From an uncultured Prevotellaceae bacterium (GTDB lineage Bacteria > Bacteroidota > Bacteroidia > Bacteroidales > Bacteroidaceae): DNA of 64,000 nucleotides. How positions within the stretch are numbered: the first letter of the stretch is position 1; every line of letters begins with the position of its first letter. The stretch covers positions 3,379 through 67,378 of the forward strand of contig CADBAG010000018.1 of assembly GCA_902792635.1 (NCBI GenBank), read 5' to 3'. Below, piece after piece: positions 55,010-64,000 of this stretch. The notes beneath the pieces are model-generated. The model ran no database searches. It was not told where the DNA came from and saw nothing but the letters and a program-made list of their open reading frames with translations. The position numbers and the translations under genes are program-made.

Positions 55010-55092
55010 GACACGCTTTGACGTATGCAGACAAAAAAGAAAAGAAAACTTTGAGAATCTAAAATATTCTCCTTATCTTTGCACTGATTATT

Positions 55093-57018
55093 ATGAACTT
55101 CCGAATAAAGAAACTCGACATATTTATCGCCAAGCAGTTCTTGCTGCTTTTCGCGGGTACCTTCTTCATCTGCCTCTTTGTGCTGATGATGCAGTTCTTA
55201 TGGCGTTATGTAGACGACCTCATCGGCAAGGGCCTGACAATGGATGTCCTTGCCCAGTTCTTCGAATACATGGCGCTGATGATGGTGCCTCAGGCGCTGC
55301 CGCTCGCCATTCTTTTGAGCTCACTCATCACTTTCGGTAACCTCGGTGAAAGTTCTGAGCTTACCGCCATCAAAGCCTCTGGTATCTCGCTGATGCAGAG
55401 CTTCCGCTCGCTCATCGTCATCACCGTGCTTATCATGTGCACGTCGTTCGTCTTTCAGAACAACGTCGGGCCCCATGCCAACATGAAGCTCGCACAGCTG
55501 CTGATCTCCATGAAGCAGAAGAGTCCGGAGCTCGAGATTCCGGAAGGCGTGTTCTACGACGGTATCCCCAACTCAAACATTTACGTACAGAAGAAGGATA
55601 TCAAGACCGGCAAGCTCTATGGTATCATGATCTACCGTATGACAGAGAGCTATGAGGACGCCGCCATCATCCTCGCCGACTCCGGTATGCTTCAGTCTAC
55701 AGCCGAGAAGAAGCACCTTGTGCTCTCCCTCTGGAGCGGTGAGTGGTTCGAGAACATGCGCGAGTCGGATCTCGGCGGAAGTGCAGCCGTACCCTACCGC
55801 CGCGAGACTTTCACCGACAAGAAAGTGATCCTCGACTTCGACGGCAACTTCTCTCTGATGGACGCCGCAGCACTGTCCAATAATGCTCAGGGAAAGAGCC
55901 TTGCACAAATCAGATTCGATATCGACTCTCTTAATGAGACCTACGACAGCATCGGCAATGCTTTCTGGGGCGATACGAAACGCATTTGCTTCCCTACGAT
56001 GGGAATCAGCAAGCGCGACTCTATCAGTCAGACGCGGCTGGCACAAAACGGGAAGATCGACATCGACAAGCTATACAAGGGAATGCCGCTGGAACAGCAG
56101 CAGCAAGCAATGTCCACGGCTCTGAGCAACGTGCAGCGTGAGACTTCCGACCTCGACTTCAAGGCGATGATGACACAAGACAATGAGCGCATCCTAAGAA
56201 ACCACCAGCTCGAGGCACAGAATAAGTTCACGCTTGCCTTACAGTGTCTGATCTTCTTCTTTATCGGCGCACCACTCGGAGCTATCATCCGCAAAGGTGG
56301 TCTCGGCATGCCTATCATCGTCTCTGTGCTCGTGTTCATCGTTTATTATATCCTTGACAACTCGGGCTACCGCATGTCACGACAAGGTTCCTGGCCTATT
56401 TGGGTGGGACACTTGCTCGCACCCGCCATAATGATTCCTCTCGCCGTCTTCGTCACCTACAAGGCCATGAACGATTCGATGGTATTTAACGCTGATGTAT
56501 GGAGACGATTCTTCACGAAAGCCTTCGGTTTGCGTTCAAAGAGAAGCATACAAGGCAAGGAGGTCATCATAGAGACGCCACATTATGCAGATGACAATGC
56601 CGCCCTGCTGAAGATCAACAATGAGGTCAGAAGTTATTCAGCAAGACATAACCTCAAGTCGCCACCAAACATCATCAAGGTGTTCTTCAAATATGAGGAG
56701 GATCACGATATTGAGAAGATCAACGACGAGTTGGAGAAAGTCATACGCGACCTCTCTAACACACGCGACAATCAGGTGCTGCACCTCATCAACCAGTATC
56801 CCGTGCTAATGGTCAAGGCACATACGCGACCGTTCGACAGGAAATGGCTGAATGTCCTATCCGCCATCATCGTGCCCGTTGGTGTGTTCTTCTATTTCCG
56901 CATGTGGCGCTTCCGCCTGCGCCTGCTGCGCGACCTTAAGGTTATCCGATATACCGACACCAACATCGTCAATTATACGGAAAAGCGAATGGACAGACTC
57001 GAAAAAGAGGCTGAATAA
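55093..57018 (+). CDS. LptF/LptG-family permease
   Basis: ALPLAILLSSLITFGNLGESSELTAIKASGISL and FFFIGAPLGAIIRKGG motifs, with a C-terminal extension. Confidence 0.88.
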   Translation: MNFRIKKLDIFIAKQFLLLFAGTFFICLFVLMMQFLWRYVDDLIGKGLTMDVLAQFFEYMALMMVPQALPLAILLSSLITFGNLGESSELTAIKASGISLMQSFRSLIVITVLIMCTSFVFQNNVGPHANMKLAQLLISMKQKSPELEIPEGVFYDGIPNSNIYVQKKDIKTGKLYGIMIYRMTESYEDAAIILADSGMLQSTAEKKHLVLSLWSGEWFENMRESDLGGSAAVPYRRETFTDKKVILDFDGNFSLMDAAALSNNAQGKSLAQIRFDIDSLNETYDSIGNAFWGDTKRICFPTMGISKRDSISQTRLAQNGKIDIDKLYKGMPLEQQQQAMSTALSNVQRETSDLDFKAMMTQDNERILRNHQLEAQNKFTLALQCLIFFFIGAPLGAIIRKGGLGMPIIVSVLVFIVYYILDNSGYRMSRQGSWPIWVGHLLAPAIMIPLAVFVTYKAMNDSMVFNADVWRRFFTKAFGLRSKRSIQGKEVIIETPHYADDNAALLKINNEVRSYSARHNLKSPPNIIKVFFKYEEDHDIEKINDELEKVIRDLSNTRDNQVLHLINQYPVLMVKAHTRPFDRKWLNVLSAIIVPVGVFFYFRMWRFRLRLLRDLKVIRYTDTNIVNYTEKRMDRLEKEAE

Positions 57019-57050
57019 ATATAAACATATAAAAAGAAGGAGATAATAAT

Positions 57051-58262
57051 ATGTCAGATTTCAAACTGAGTAGCATAGAAGATGCCTTGGACGATTTCAA
57101 GCAAGGCAAGTTCGTTATCGTTGTAGATGACGAAGACCGTGAGAACGAGGGCGACCTCATCACGGCTGCAGAGATGATCACACCGGAAAAGATCAACTTC
57201 ATGTTGAAGAACGCACGTGGCGTGCTCTGTGCTCCTATCACGATCAAACGCGCCGAGGAACTCGACCTGCCCCATCAGGTCGATGAGAACACATCCGTGC
57301 TCGGCACACCGTTCACCATCACCGTGGACAAGCTCGAAGGCTGCACTACCGGCGTGTCAGCCCACGACCGCGCTGAGACTATCCGTGCCCTCGCTGATCC
57401 GGCTTCAACACCTCAGACCTTCGGACGCCCGGGACATATCAATCCGCTCTATGCCCAGGACAATGGCGTACTGCGCCGCTCAGGCCATACGGAGGCTGCC
57501 ATCGACCTCTGCAAGCTATCGGGGCTGTACCCTGCCGGTGCACTGATGGAGATCATGAACGACGACGGCACGATGGCACGCATGCCACAGCTTCAGGAGA
57601 AAGCCAAGGAATGGGGATTGAAGATCATCAGCATTAAAGACCTTATCGCTTACCGACTGAAGCACGAGAGCAGCATTGAGGTGGGTGTAGAAGTTGATAT
57701 GCCTACCATTTATGGGCATTTCCATCTCATTCCTTTCCGTCAGGTGAGCAACGGCCTGGAGCACATGGCGCTCGTCAAGGGCACATGGAAAGAAGACGAG
57801 CCGATCCTCGTGCGCGTGCACTCTTCATGTGCAACGGGTGATATCCTCGGAAGCATGCGCTGCGACTGCGGCGAACAGCTCCATAAATCCATGCAGATGA
57901 TTGAGAAGGAAGGCAAAGGCGTGCTTATCTATATGCAGCAGGAAGGACGAGGAATCGGTCTGATGAATAAGATTGCGGCCTACAAACTGCAGCAGGAAGG
58001 TCTCGACACCGTCGATGCCAACATCCATCTCGGTTTCAAGCCTGACGAGCGCGACTATGGCTGCGGCGCGCAGATGCTGCGCCACCTCGGTGTGCATAAG
58101 ATGCGCCTCATGACCAACAACCCCACCAAACGAGTCGGACTGGAGGCTTACGGACTGGAGATCGTAGAGAACGTGCCTATCGAGATCACACCTAACAGAT
58201 ACGACATCAAATATCTGCGCACAAAGCGTGACCGCATGGGACATACACTCCACCTCGAGTAA
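57051..58262 (+). CDS. ribBA: Bifunctional DHBP synthase / GTP cyclohydrolase II
   Basis: [32 protein letters not shown] and EGRGIG motifs. Confidence 0.96.
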   Translation: MSDFKLSSIEDALDDFKQGKFVIVVDDEDRENEGDLITAAEMITPEKINFMLKNARGVLCAPITIKRAEELDLPHQVDENTSVLGTPFTITVDKLEGCTTGVSAHDRAETIRALADPASTPQTFGRPGHINPLYAQDNGVLRRSGHTEAAIDLCKLSGLYPAGALMEIMNDDGTMARMPQLQEKAKEWGLKIISIKDLIAYRLKHESSIEVGVEVDMPTIYGHFHLIPFRQVSNGLEHMALVKGTWKEDEPILVRVHSSCATGDILGSMRCDCGEQLHKSMQMIEKEGKGVLIYMQQEGRGIGLMNKIAAYKLQQEGLDTVDANIHLGFKPDERDYGCGAQMLRHLGVHKMRLMTNNPTKRVGLEAYGLEIVENVPIEITPNRYDIKYLRTKRDRMGHTLHLE

Positions 58263-58470
58263 TCTTAAGAACCGGCCAAGGCCGGTCTCCTATCTTATAT
58301 ATAATAAGGTGAAATGTTGCAAAAGTGTGTCATTCTTAACTTCGAGCGCAATTTAACTGCAATATTGAAAAATAAAAAACGCTTTTCTTCGTTTTGAATA
58401 ATAAAATGCGTACTTTTGCATACAGTTTCATGGACTGTTTGATAAAAGAATAACAAAACAACAATACATT

Positions 58471-59676
58471 ATGCCACAAACAACAGGTTGTCTTTCAGAT
58501 CGTCTTAACAGACTTGCCCCATCGGCTACTCTCGCCATGTCACAGAAGAGCAGCGAGATGAAGGCGCAAGGTATTGATGTCATCAATATGAGTGTCGGTG
58601 AACCGGACTTCATGACCCCCGACTTCATTAAAGAAGCTGGCAAGAAGGCTATCGACGACAACTACTCTAAATACTCTCCCGTCCCTGGCTATATGGACCT
58701 CCGAGAAGCTATCTCAGAGAAGTTGGCTAAAGAGAACCACCTGACCTATACTCCGCAGGAGACTATCGTCGGGACCGGTGGCAAGCAGGGTGTCTGCAAC
58801 GCTATTCTTGCGCTCATCAACCCGGGTGACGAGGTTATCATTCCCGCTCCTTACTGGGTCAGTTATCCGCAGATGGTGAAGCTCGCCGGTGGCACACCCG
58901 TAGCTCTTCGCACTCCGTTGGAGAGCGACTTCAAGCTTACTCCCGAGCAGCTCGAAGCAGCCATCACGCCGAAGACAAAGATGCTTATTCTTTGTTCGCC
59001 GAGCAACCCGACAGGAAGTGTCTATACCCAGGATGAACTGAACGCACTCGCTGAGGTCGTGAAGAAACATGAAGGTATCTACGTGCTGTCTGACGAGATT
59101 TACGAGCATATTAACTACGTAGGCTTCTCTGCAAGTATCGCTGCTGCTCCGGGCATGAAAGAGCGCACCATCATCTGCAACGGTGTAAGTAAGGCTTACG
59201 CCATGACAGGCTGGCGCCTCGGATGGGTCGCTGCACCAGAGTGGATCATCAAAGGCATGAACAAGCTCCAGGGTCAGTATACCAGTGGTACGAACGACGT
59301 AGCACAGCGCGCAGCACTCGCAGCTTACAAGGGCGACCAGCAGTGCGTGGAGGACATGCGCAAGGCTTTCGAGCGCCGTCGTGACCTCATCGTGAAACTG
59401 GCTAAAGAGATTCCTGGCCTCGAGGTCAACGTCCCTCAGGGAGCCTTCTACCTCTTCCCCCATTGCAAGAAACTCTTCGGAAAGAGCTACAAGCAATATA
59501 CCATCAACACATCTACCGACTTCGCCATGTATCTGCTTCAGGAAGCACACGTCGCTACCGTAGCAGGTGATGCATTCGGTGAGCCCGATGGATTCCGCAT
59601 GAGCTACGCCACGAGCGATGACAACATCCGCGAAGCGCTCAAGCGAATCAAAGAAGCGTGCGAAAAGCTCAAATAA
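58471..59676 (+). CDS. aspC: Aspartate aminotransferase-like class I aminotransferase
   Basis: GEPDF, SPSNPTG, SDEIYE and SKAYAMTGWRLG motifs. Confidence 0.88.
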   Translation: MPQTTGCLSDRLNRLAPSATLAMSQKSSEMKAQGIDVINMSVGEPDFMTPDFIKEAGKKAIDDNYSKYSPVPGYMDLREAISEKLAKENHLTYTPQETIVGTGGKQGVCNAILALINPGDEVIIPAPYWVSYPQMVKLAGGTPVALRTPLESDFKLTPEQLEAAITPKTKMLILCSPSNPTGSVYTQDELNALAEVVKKHEGIYVLSDEIYEHINYVGFSASIAAAPGMKERTIICNGVSKAYAMTGWRLGWVAAPEWIIKGMNKLQGQYTSGTNDVAQRAALAAYKGDQQCVEDMRKAFERRRDLIVKLAKEIPGLEVNVPQGAFYLFPHCKKLFGKSYKQYTINTSTDFAMYLLQEAHVATVAGDAFGEPDGFRMSYATSDDNIREALKRIKEACEKLK

Positions 59677-59879
59677 GTGCTATAAAAGGTGTCATGCATA
59701 GATAAGACAACAAGATTAAGAAAAAGAGTGTTAAATAAACGACAACTCGATTATTCTATATCAAAAAGTTACTATCTTTGCGTGACATTAATGAAAAGCG
59801 CATAGAAAAACACACTTTGGAATTACAGAAACAATAATTCAATTAATAAATTCACAACCAAAAATTAACATCAAGTACT

Positions 59880-60725
59880 ATGGCAACTTCACAAAAAGCC
59901 GCAGCCCCCAAGGCTGCAAAGAAGTCTCAGGGCTTCACAGGTATTAGAGGAGCATTCTGGATCATCGTCCTCTGCTTCATCGCTGCACTCTGCATCTTCA
60001 ACCTCTGGTTGGGTAACGGTGCTAACTTCCAGGGCGGTGACAATGCAAACGCTCCTGCAAACATCTTCGGTACAATCTACAAAGGTGGCTATGTGGTGCC
60101 TATCATCCACACACTGTTGCTCACCGTGCTCTGCCTCGCTGTTGAGCGCTACTTCGCACTGAAGACCGCTTTCGGTAAGGGCTCTCTGACAAAGTTCGTG
60201 GCCAACATCAAGGCTGCCCTCGCTGCTAACGATTTCGACAAGGCAGAGGATCTGTGCAACAAGATGCAGGGTTCTGTTGCTAACGTCGTGCTTGCTTCTC
60301 TGCACGCTTATCGCGCTATGGAGAGCGGTGCTAACGCTTCTCTGAAGAAGAGCCAGAAGGTCGCTCGCATCGAGCAGGCTCACGAGGAGGCTACTCAGCT
60401 CGAGATGCCTACTCTGCAGATGAACCTTCCTATCGTCGCTACTATCGTAACGCTCGGTACACTTACCGGACTGCTCGGTACCGTGACCGGTATGATTCGT
60501 TCATTCCAGGCTCTGGCTGCTGGTGGTGGCGGTGACTCTCTCGCTCTGTCTACCGGTATTTCTGAGGCTCTGGTCAACACAGCCTTCGGTATCGCAACAT
60601 CTTGGTGCGCCGTTGTCACTTACAACTTCTTCACTAACAAGATTGATAAGCTGACATACGCACTCGACGAGGTAGGTTACACAATCGCACAGACATACGA
60701 AGCAAACCACACCGACGAAGCTTAA
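59880..60725 (+). CDS. exbB: ExbB/TolQ/MotA proton channel
   Basis: TLGTLTGLLGTVTGMI and GISEALVNTAFGI motifs. A TATCTTTG box lies at 59773-59780. Confidence 0.92.
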   Translation: MATSQKAAAPKAAKKSQGFTGIRGAFWIIVLCFIAALCIFNLWLGNGANFQGGDNANAPANIFGTIYKGGYVVPIIHTLLLTVLCLAVERYFALKTAFGKGSLTKFVANIKAALAANDFDKAEDLCNKMQGSVANVVLASLHAYRAMESGANASLKKSQKVARIEQAHEEATQLEMPTLQMNLPIVATIVTLGTLTGLLGTVTGMIRSFQALAAGGGGDSLALSTGISEALVNTAFGIATSWCAVVTYNFFTNKIDKLTYALDEVGYTIAQTYEANHTDEA

Positions 60726-60761
60726 TTGATCTTGGCCCTTTAACTTTAAATTCTTTAGTGT

Positions 60762-61388
60762 ATGGCTAAGATTAAAATTAAGAAAGCGGACGTCTGGATC
60801 GACATGACCCCTATGTCGGACGTGATGGTGCTTTTGCTGACCTTCTTCATGCTGACGTCTACATTCGTCAAGCAGGAGCCGGTGAAAGTACAAACGCCTG
60901 GCAGTGTGTCTGAGATTAAGGTTCCAGAAAACAACGTCCTTAACGTCCTCGTCGGAAATGACGGAAAGATCTTCATGAGCATGGACAAGACCACCGACAC
61001 GCAGGCCGCTCTCGCAAGCGTAACTGATCAGTTCGGTATCACCCTTACTCCCGCTCAGGAGAAAGCTTTCCTCGACGATCCTATGTGGGGTGTTCCGATG
61101 CAGAAGCTTCAGGCTTACCTGAGCCTCGACAAGAACACTCGTCCTCAGGAACTCAAAAACTTCGGTATCCCTACCGACTCCGTAAAGGGTAAGACAGGTG
61201 ATGCCGCTATGAGCGAGTTCCAACTCTGGGTGAAAGCCGCCAAAGAAGCCAACCCTGATGCCAAGATCGCTATCAAGGCTGACGAGAAGACTCCTTACAA
61301 GACTGTAAAGAAGATCATGAGCGAGCTTCAGGATATGAATGAGAACCGTTACTATCTGATTACTCAATACAAGAAAGCGGAGGATTAA
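60762..61388 (+). CDS. exbD: ExbD/TolR family protein 1
   Basis: IDMTPMSDVMVLLLTFFML and IKADEKTPY motifs. Confidence 0.9.
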   Translation: MAKIKIKKADVWIDMTPMSDVMVLLLTFFMLTSTFVKQEPVKVQTPGSVSEIKVPENNVLNVLVGNDGKIFMSMDKTTDTQAALASVTDQFGITLTPAQEKAFLDDPMWGVPMQKLQAYLSLDKNTRPQELKNFGIPTDSVKGKTGDAAMSEFQLWVKAAKEANPDAKIAIKADEKTPYKTVKKIMSELQDMNENRYYLITQYKKAED

Positions 61389-61390
61389 AG

Positions 61391-62044
61391 ATGGCTGCAG
61401 GAAAATCGAAACAGAAGAAAATGAATGTCCGCGTCGACTTCACGCCGATGGTGGATATGATGATGCTTCTTATCACGTTCTTCATGCTCTGTACATCTCT
61501 TGCTAAACCGCAGACGATGGAATTGAGTATGCCGAGTAACGATAAGAATATTCAAGATCAGGATAAGACTGTTACTAAGGAGTCGTATACCATTACGATT
61601 TATTGTACAGCCGACAACCAGATCTACTATGTGGCTGGAATGGTGAAGCCCGAAGATCCTAAGTGTCTGAAGAAGACAACCTGGGGCGCTAAGGGTATTC
61701 GCTCTGTTATTATCAACCATACTACCGAGGATGGCACACAGCCTACGATCGATGTCATGAAGGCAAAGATCGAGCTCGATAAAAAACATGAGAACCCGGA
61801 TCCTAAACAGAAGATGCCGGATTCCATCTATAATCAGCAGCTCGCACAGATCAAAGCCGGTAACATCAATGGCAGACACATCAACACGCTGACTGTCATC
61901 ATCAAGGCAACCGACGATGCTTCTTACAAGAACCTTGTCGACGCCCTCGATGAGATGAACATCTGCTCAATCGGTAAATATGTGATTGATAAAATCAACG
62001 ATAACGACTTGAAGCTTCTCAAAGAAAACAACGTCAAGTTATAA
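61391..62044 (+). CDS. exbD: ExbD/TolR family protein 2
   Basis: VDFTPMVDMMMLLITFFML and IKATDDASY motifs. Confidence 0.9.
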   Translation: MAAGKSKQKKMNVRVDFTPMVDMMMLLITFFMLCTSLAKPQTMELSMPSNDKNIQDQDKTVTKESYTITIYCTADNQIYYVAGMVKPEDPKCLKKTTWGAKGIRSVIINHTTEDGTQPTIDVMKAKIELDKKHENPDPKQKMPDSIYNQQLAQIKAGNINGRHINTLTVIIKATDDASYKNLVDALDEMNICSIGKYVIDKINDNDLKLLKENNVKL

Positions 62045-62073
62045 GGTAACATAGCTAAACGAAAGGTTAAGAA

Positions 62074-62925
62074 ATGGCACAAATTGATTTAACAAGAAAT
62101 GGCTGGTGTGACCTTATCTTCGAAGGAAGAAACAAAGAGTATGGAGCCTACAAGCTCCGTACTCAGACGGGTAAGAGAAACTTAAAAGCCATTATAACGA
62201 TTGCAATCCTCGCTGCACTTTGCATCGTTCTCTTCTACATCAAGGCTGGATATGACGCATATCAGGCTGCACATGCAAAGAATGAGAACGTCACAGAGCT
62301 CTCCGCACTCAACCAGCCTAAGAAAAAGGCTGAGGCAAAAGTTCAACGTAAAGTTCAGGTTGAGGAAAAGAAAGAAGTAGTGAAAGAGGTCAAGTCTTCT
62401 ATCAAGTTCACAGCTCCTGTCATCAAGAAGGATGCAGAGGTAAAGCCTGAGGACGAGATGAAGACACAGGATCAGATCATGCAGACCAACACCGCTATCG
62501 GTGCTCTCGATGTAAAGGGTAACTCTGATCAGGGTGAAATCCTGAAGGTTACACAGCGCGTGGAGACAGAGCCGGTAAAAGCCGAGGCTCCAAAGCCAGA
62601 GGTTGAGAATAAGGTCTTCGATGTCGTAGAACAGATGCCTTCATTCCCCGGTGGTCAGGGTGCGCTGATGCAATATCTGGCCAACAACATTAAGTATCCT
62701 GTCGTAGCACAGGAGAACGGTGTTCAGGGTCGTGTTGTTGTATCCTTCGTCGTAGAGCGTGACGGTAGCATCACTGATGTCCAGGTTGTCCGCTCCGTTG
62801 ACCCGTCACTTGACCGTGAGGCACAGCGTGTGGTAAGAAGCATGCCGAGGTGGATTCCCGGTAAGCAGAATGGTCAGGCCGTACGTGTGAAATACAACGT
62901 ACCGGTATCATTCCGTCTGCAGTAA
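62074..62925 (+). CDS. tonB: TonB-family energy transducer
   Basis: IFEGRNKEYGAY, single TM, and C-terminal MPSFPGG, YPVVA and GRVVVSFVVERDG. Confidence 0.92.
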   Translation: MAQIDLTRNGWCDLIFEGRNKEYGAYKLRTQTGKRNLKAIITIAILAALCIVLFYIKAGYDAYQAAHAKNENVTELSALNQPKKKAEAKVQRKVQVEEKKEVVKEVKSSIKFTAPVIKKDAEVKPEDEMKTQDQIMQTNTAIGALDVKGNSDQGEILKVTQRVETEPVKAEAPKPEVENKVFDVVEQMPSFPGGQGALMQYLANNIKYPVVAQENGVQGRVVVSFVVERDGSITDVQVVRSVDPSLDREAQRVVRSMPRWIPGKQNGQAVRVKYNVPVSFRLQ

Positions 62926-62962
62926 TCTTTCAACAATAGATTGCATCATTAATTATTTGAAC

Positions 62963-63925
62963 ATGAAACTCACATCTTACATAATTGTAGGATTAGCATT
63001 AACTTCCATCCTTGCAGCTTCTTGTGGCAACAACAGCAAGAAGGGTAAGGATGGAAGGACAGATACTTACTCGTCAGGGACCATCTCTTTCGTCTCTGAC
63101 GAGAGTTTTAGTCCTATCATAGAAGAAGAAAGAGAAATTTTCCAACACGACTATCCCGACGCAAAAGTCAAGCCTATCTATACTAACGAATCAGACGGTA
63201 TCAATATGCTGCTGCATGGTAAGACCTGGCTCGTCTTTGCTGCAAGAGATTATAAGCCTGCTGAGAAGAAAAGTCTTGAGGCACAACAATACATGCCCAC
63301 GTCTTTCAGTATTGCTTATGACGCCTTAGCTTTCATTGTCAACAAGAACAACACTGATACACTACTCTCCGTCAAAGAGGTCCGAGACATCATGAACGGA
63401 AAGATAACGAAGTGGAATCAGTTAAGCAATGGCAATAGGAAAGGCACGATAACAGTGGTATTTGACAATCCTAAGTCAAGCACCGTCCATTACATTGAAG
63501 ATTCCGTCCTTGGTGGCAAGCCTATCATCAACAAGAATGTAGCTGCTGTTAAGAAAACTGCCGAGGTGATTAAATACGTTGAACAGAACCCGAACGCCAT
63601 AGGTATTATTGGTAACAACTGGCTGAACGACAAGCGCGATACAACAAACCTGACTTTCAAGCGCAATATCCGCGTGATGAGCCTCAGTAAATTGTATCCT
63701 GCTACAGCAGCTAACAGCCGTAAGCCTTATCAGTATTACATTTACAATGGCGAATATCCGTTGATCCGCACCATCTATGCACTTCTCAACGATCCAAGAC
63801 AAGGATTGCCATGGGGTTTTGCACATTTCATACAAGGACCAAAGGGACAGCGCATCGTCATGAAGACAGGATTATTGCCAGTATTAGGCAATATCAATGT
63901 CAGAGATGTTAACACAGCGCCATAA
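62963..63925 (+). CDS. PstS/PBP-fold substrate-binding lipoprotein
   Basis: Lipobox AASC, DESFSPII, FDNPKSST and GEYPLIR motifs. ATG at 62963. Confidence 0.8.
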   Translation: MKLTSYIIVGLALTSILAASCGNNSKKGKDGRTDTYSSGTISFVSDESFSPIIEEEREIFQHDYPDAKVKPIYTNESDGINMLLHGKTWLVFAARDYKPAEKKSLEAQQYMPTSFSIAYDALAFIVNKNNTDTLLSVKEVRDIMNGKITKWNQLSNGNRKGTITVVFDNPKSSTVHYIEDSVLGGKPIINKNVAAVKKTAEVIKYVEQNPNAIGIIGNNWLNDKRDTTNLTFKRNIRVMSLSKLYPATAANSRKPYQYYIYNGEYPLIRTIYALLNDPRQGLPWGFAHFIQGPKGQRIVMKTGLLPVLGNINVRDVNTAP

Positions 63926-63949
63926 ATGATAAAAAAGAGATAAAGAAAT

Positions 63950-63980
63950 AGCACAGAAGGTAACTTCTATGCTTTTCTTT
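63950..63980 (+). terminator. Intrinsic terminator candidate
   Basis: agcacagaag-gtaa-cttctatgct followed by a T-rich tail. Confidence 0.6.
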
Positions 63981-64000
63981 CGTTTATAGAGATAGTAGAA

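Overview
This is a chromosomal window from a Bacteroidota genome, most likely Prevotellaceae. The evidence is TAnnTTTG -7 promoter boxes, SusC, PorT and Prevotella-style C-terminal secretion tails. From left to right it holds: (1) an overlapping DUF3791-DUF3990-DUF3791 triplet whose middle gene has an ADP-ribosyltransferase-like motif; (2) a Wzx/Wzy polysaccharide locus with two wzz genes, LicD and a cytidylyltransferase-PLP enzyme fusion; (3) gltBD, an OmpA-family gene and serS; (4) an arabinan utilisation locus (GH51, two GH43, a kinase-less propeller-AraC regulator) in which susC breaks off mid-barrel and runs out of frame into the 3' half of a surface-protein gene, with no susD; (5) a Crp/Fnr, DUF488 and hemerythrin (RIC-like) stress module; (6) housekeeping genes (AICAR transformylase, rplS, split 5'-nucleotidase, porT, a ferredoxin missed by the ORF track, gltX, waaA, LptF/G, ribBA, an aminotransferase), a GH43-YhcH fusion and three tRNAs; (7) exbB-exbD-exbD-tonB plus a PstS-like lipoprotein. 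Intergenic DNA carries three related 230-280 bp multi-hairpin REP/MITE-like elements with compensatory base changes, two GTAG-type REPs and three unrelated 22-bp-period tandem arrays. No integrase, transposase, CRISPR array or rRNA was seen. All family calls come from motif recognition by eye; no database search was run.
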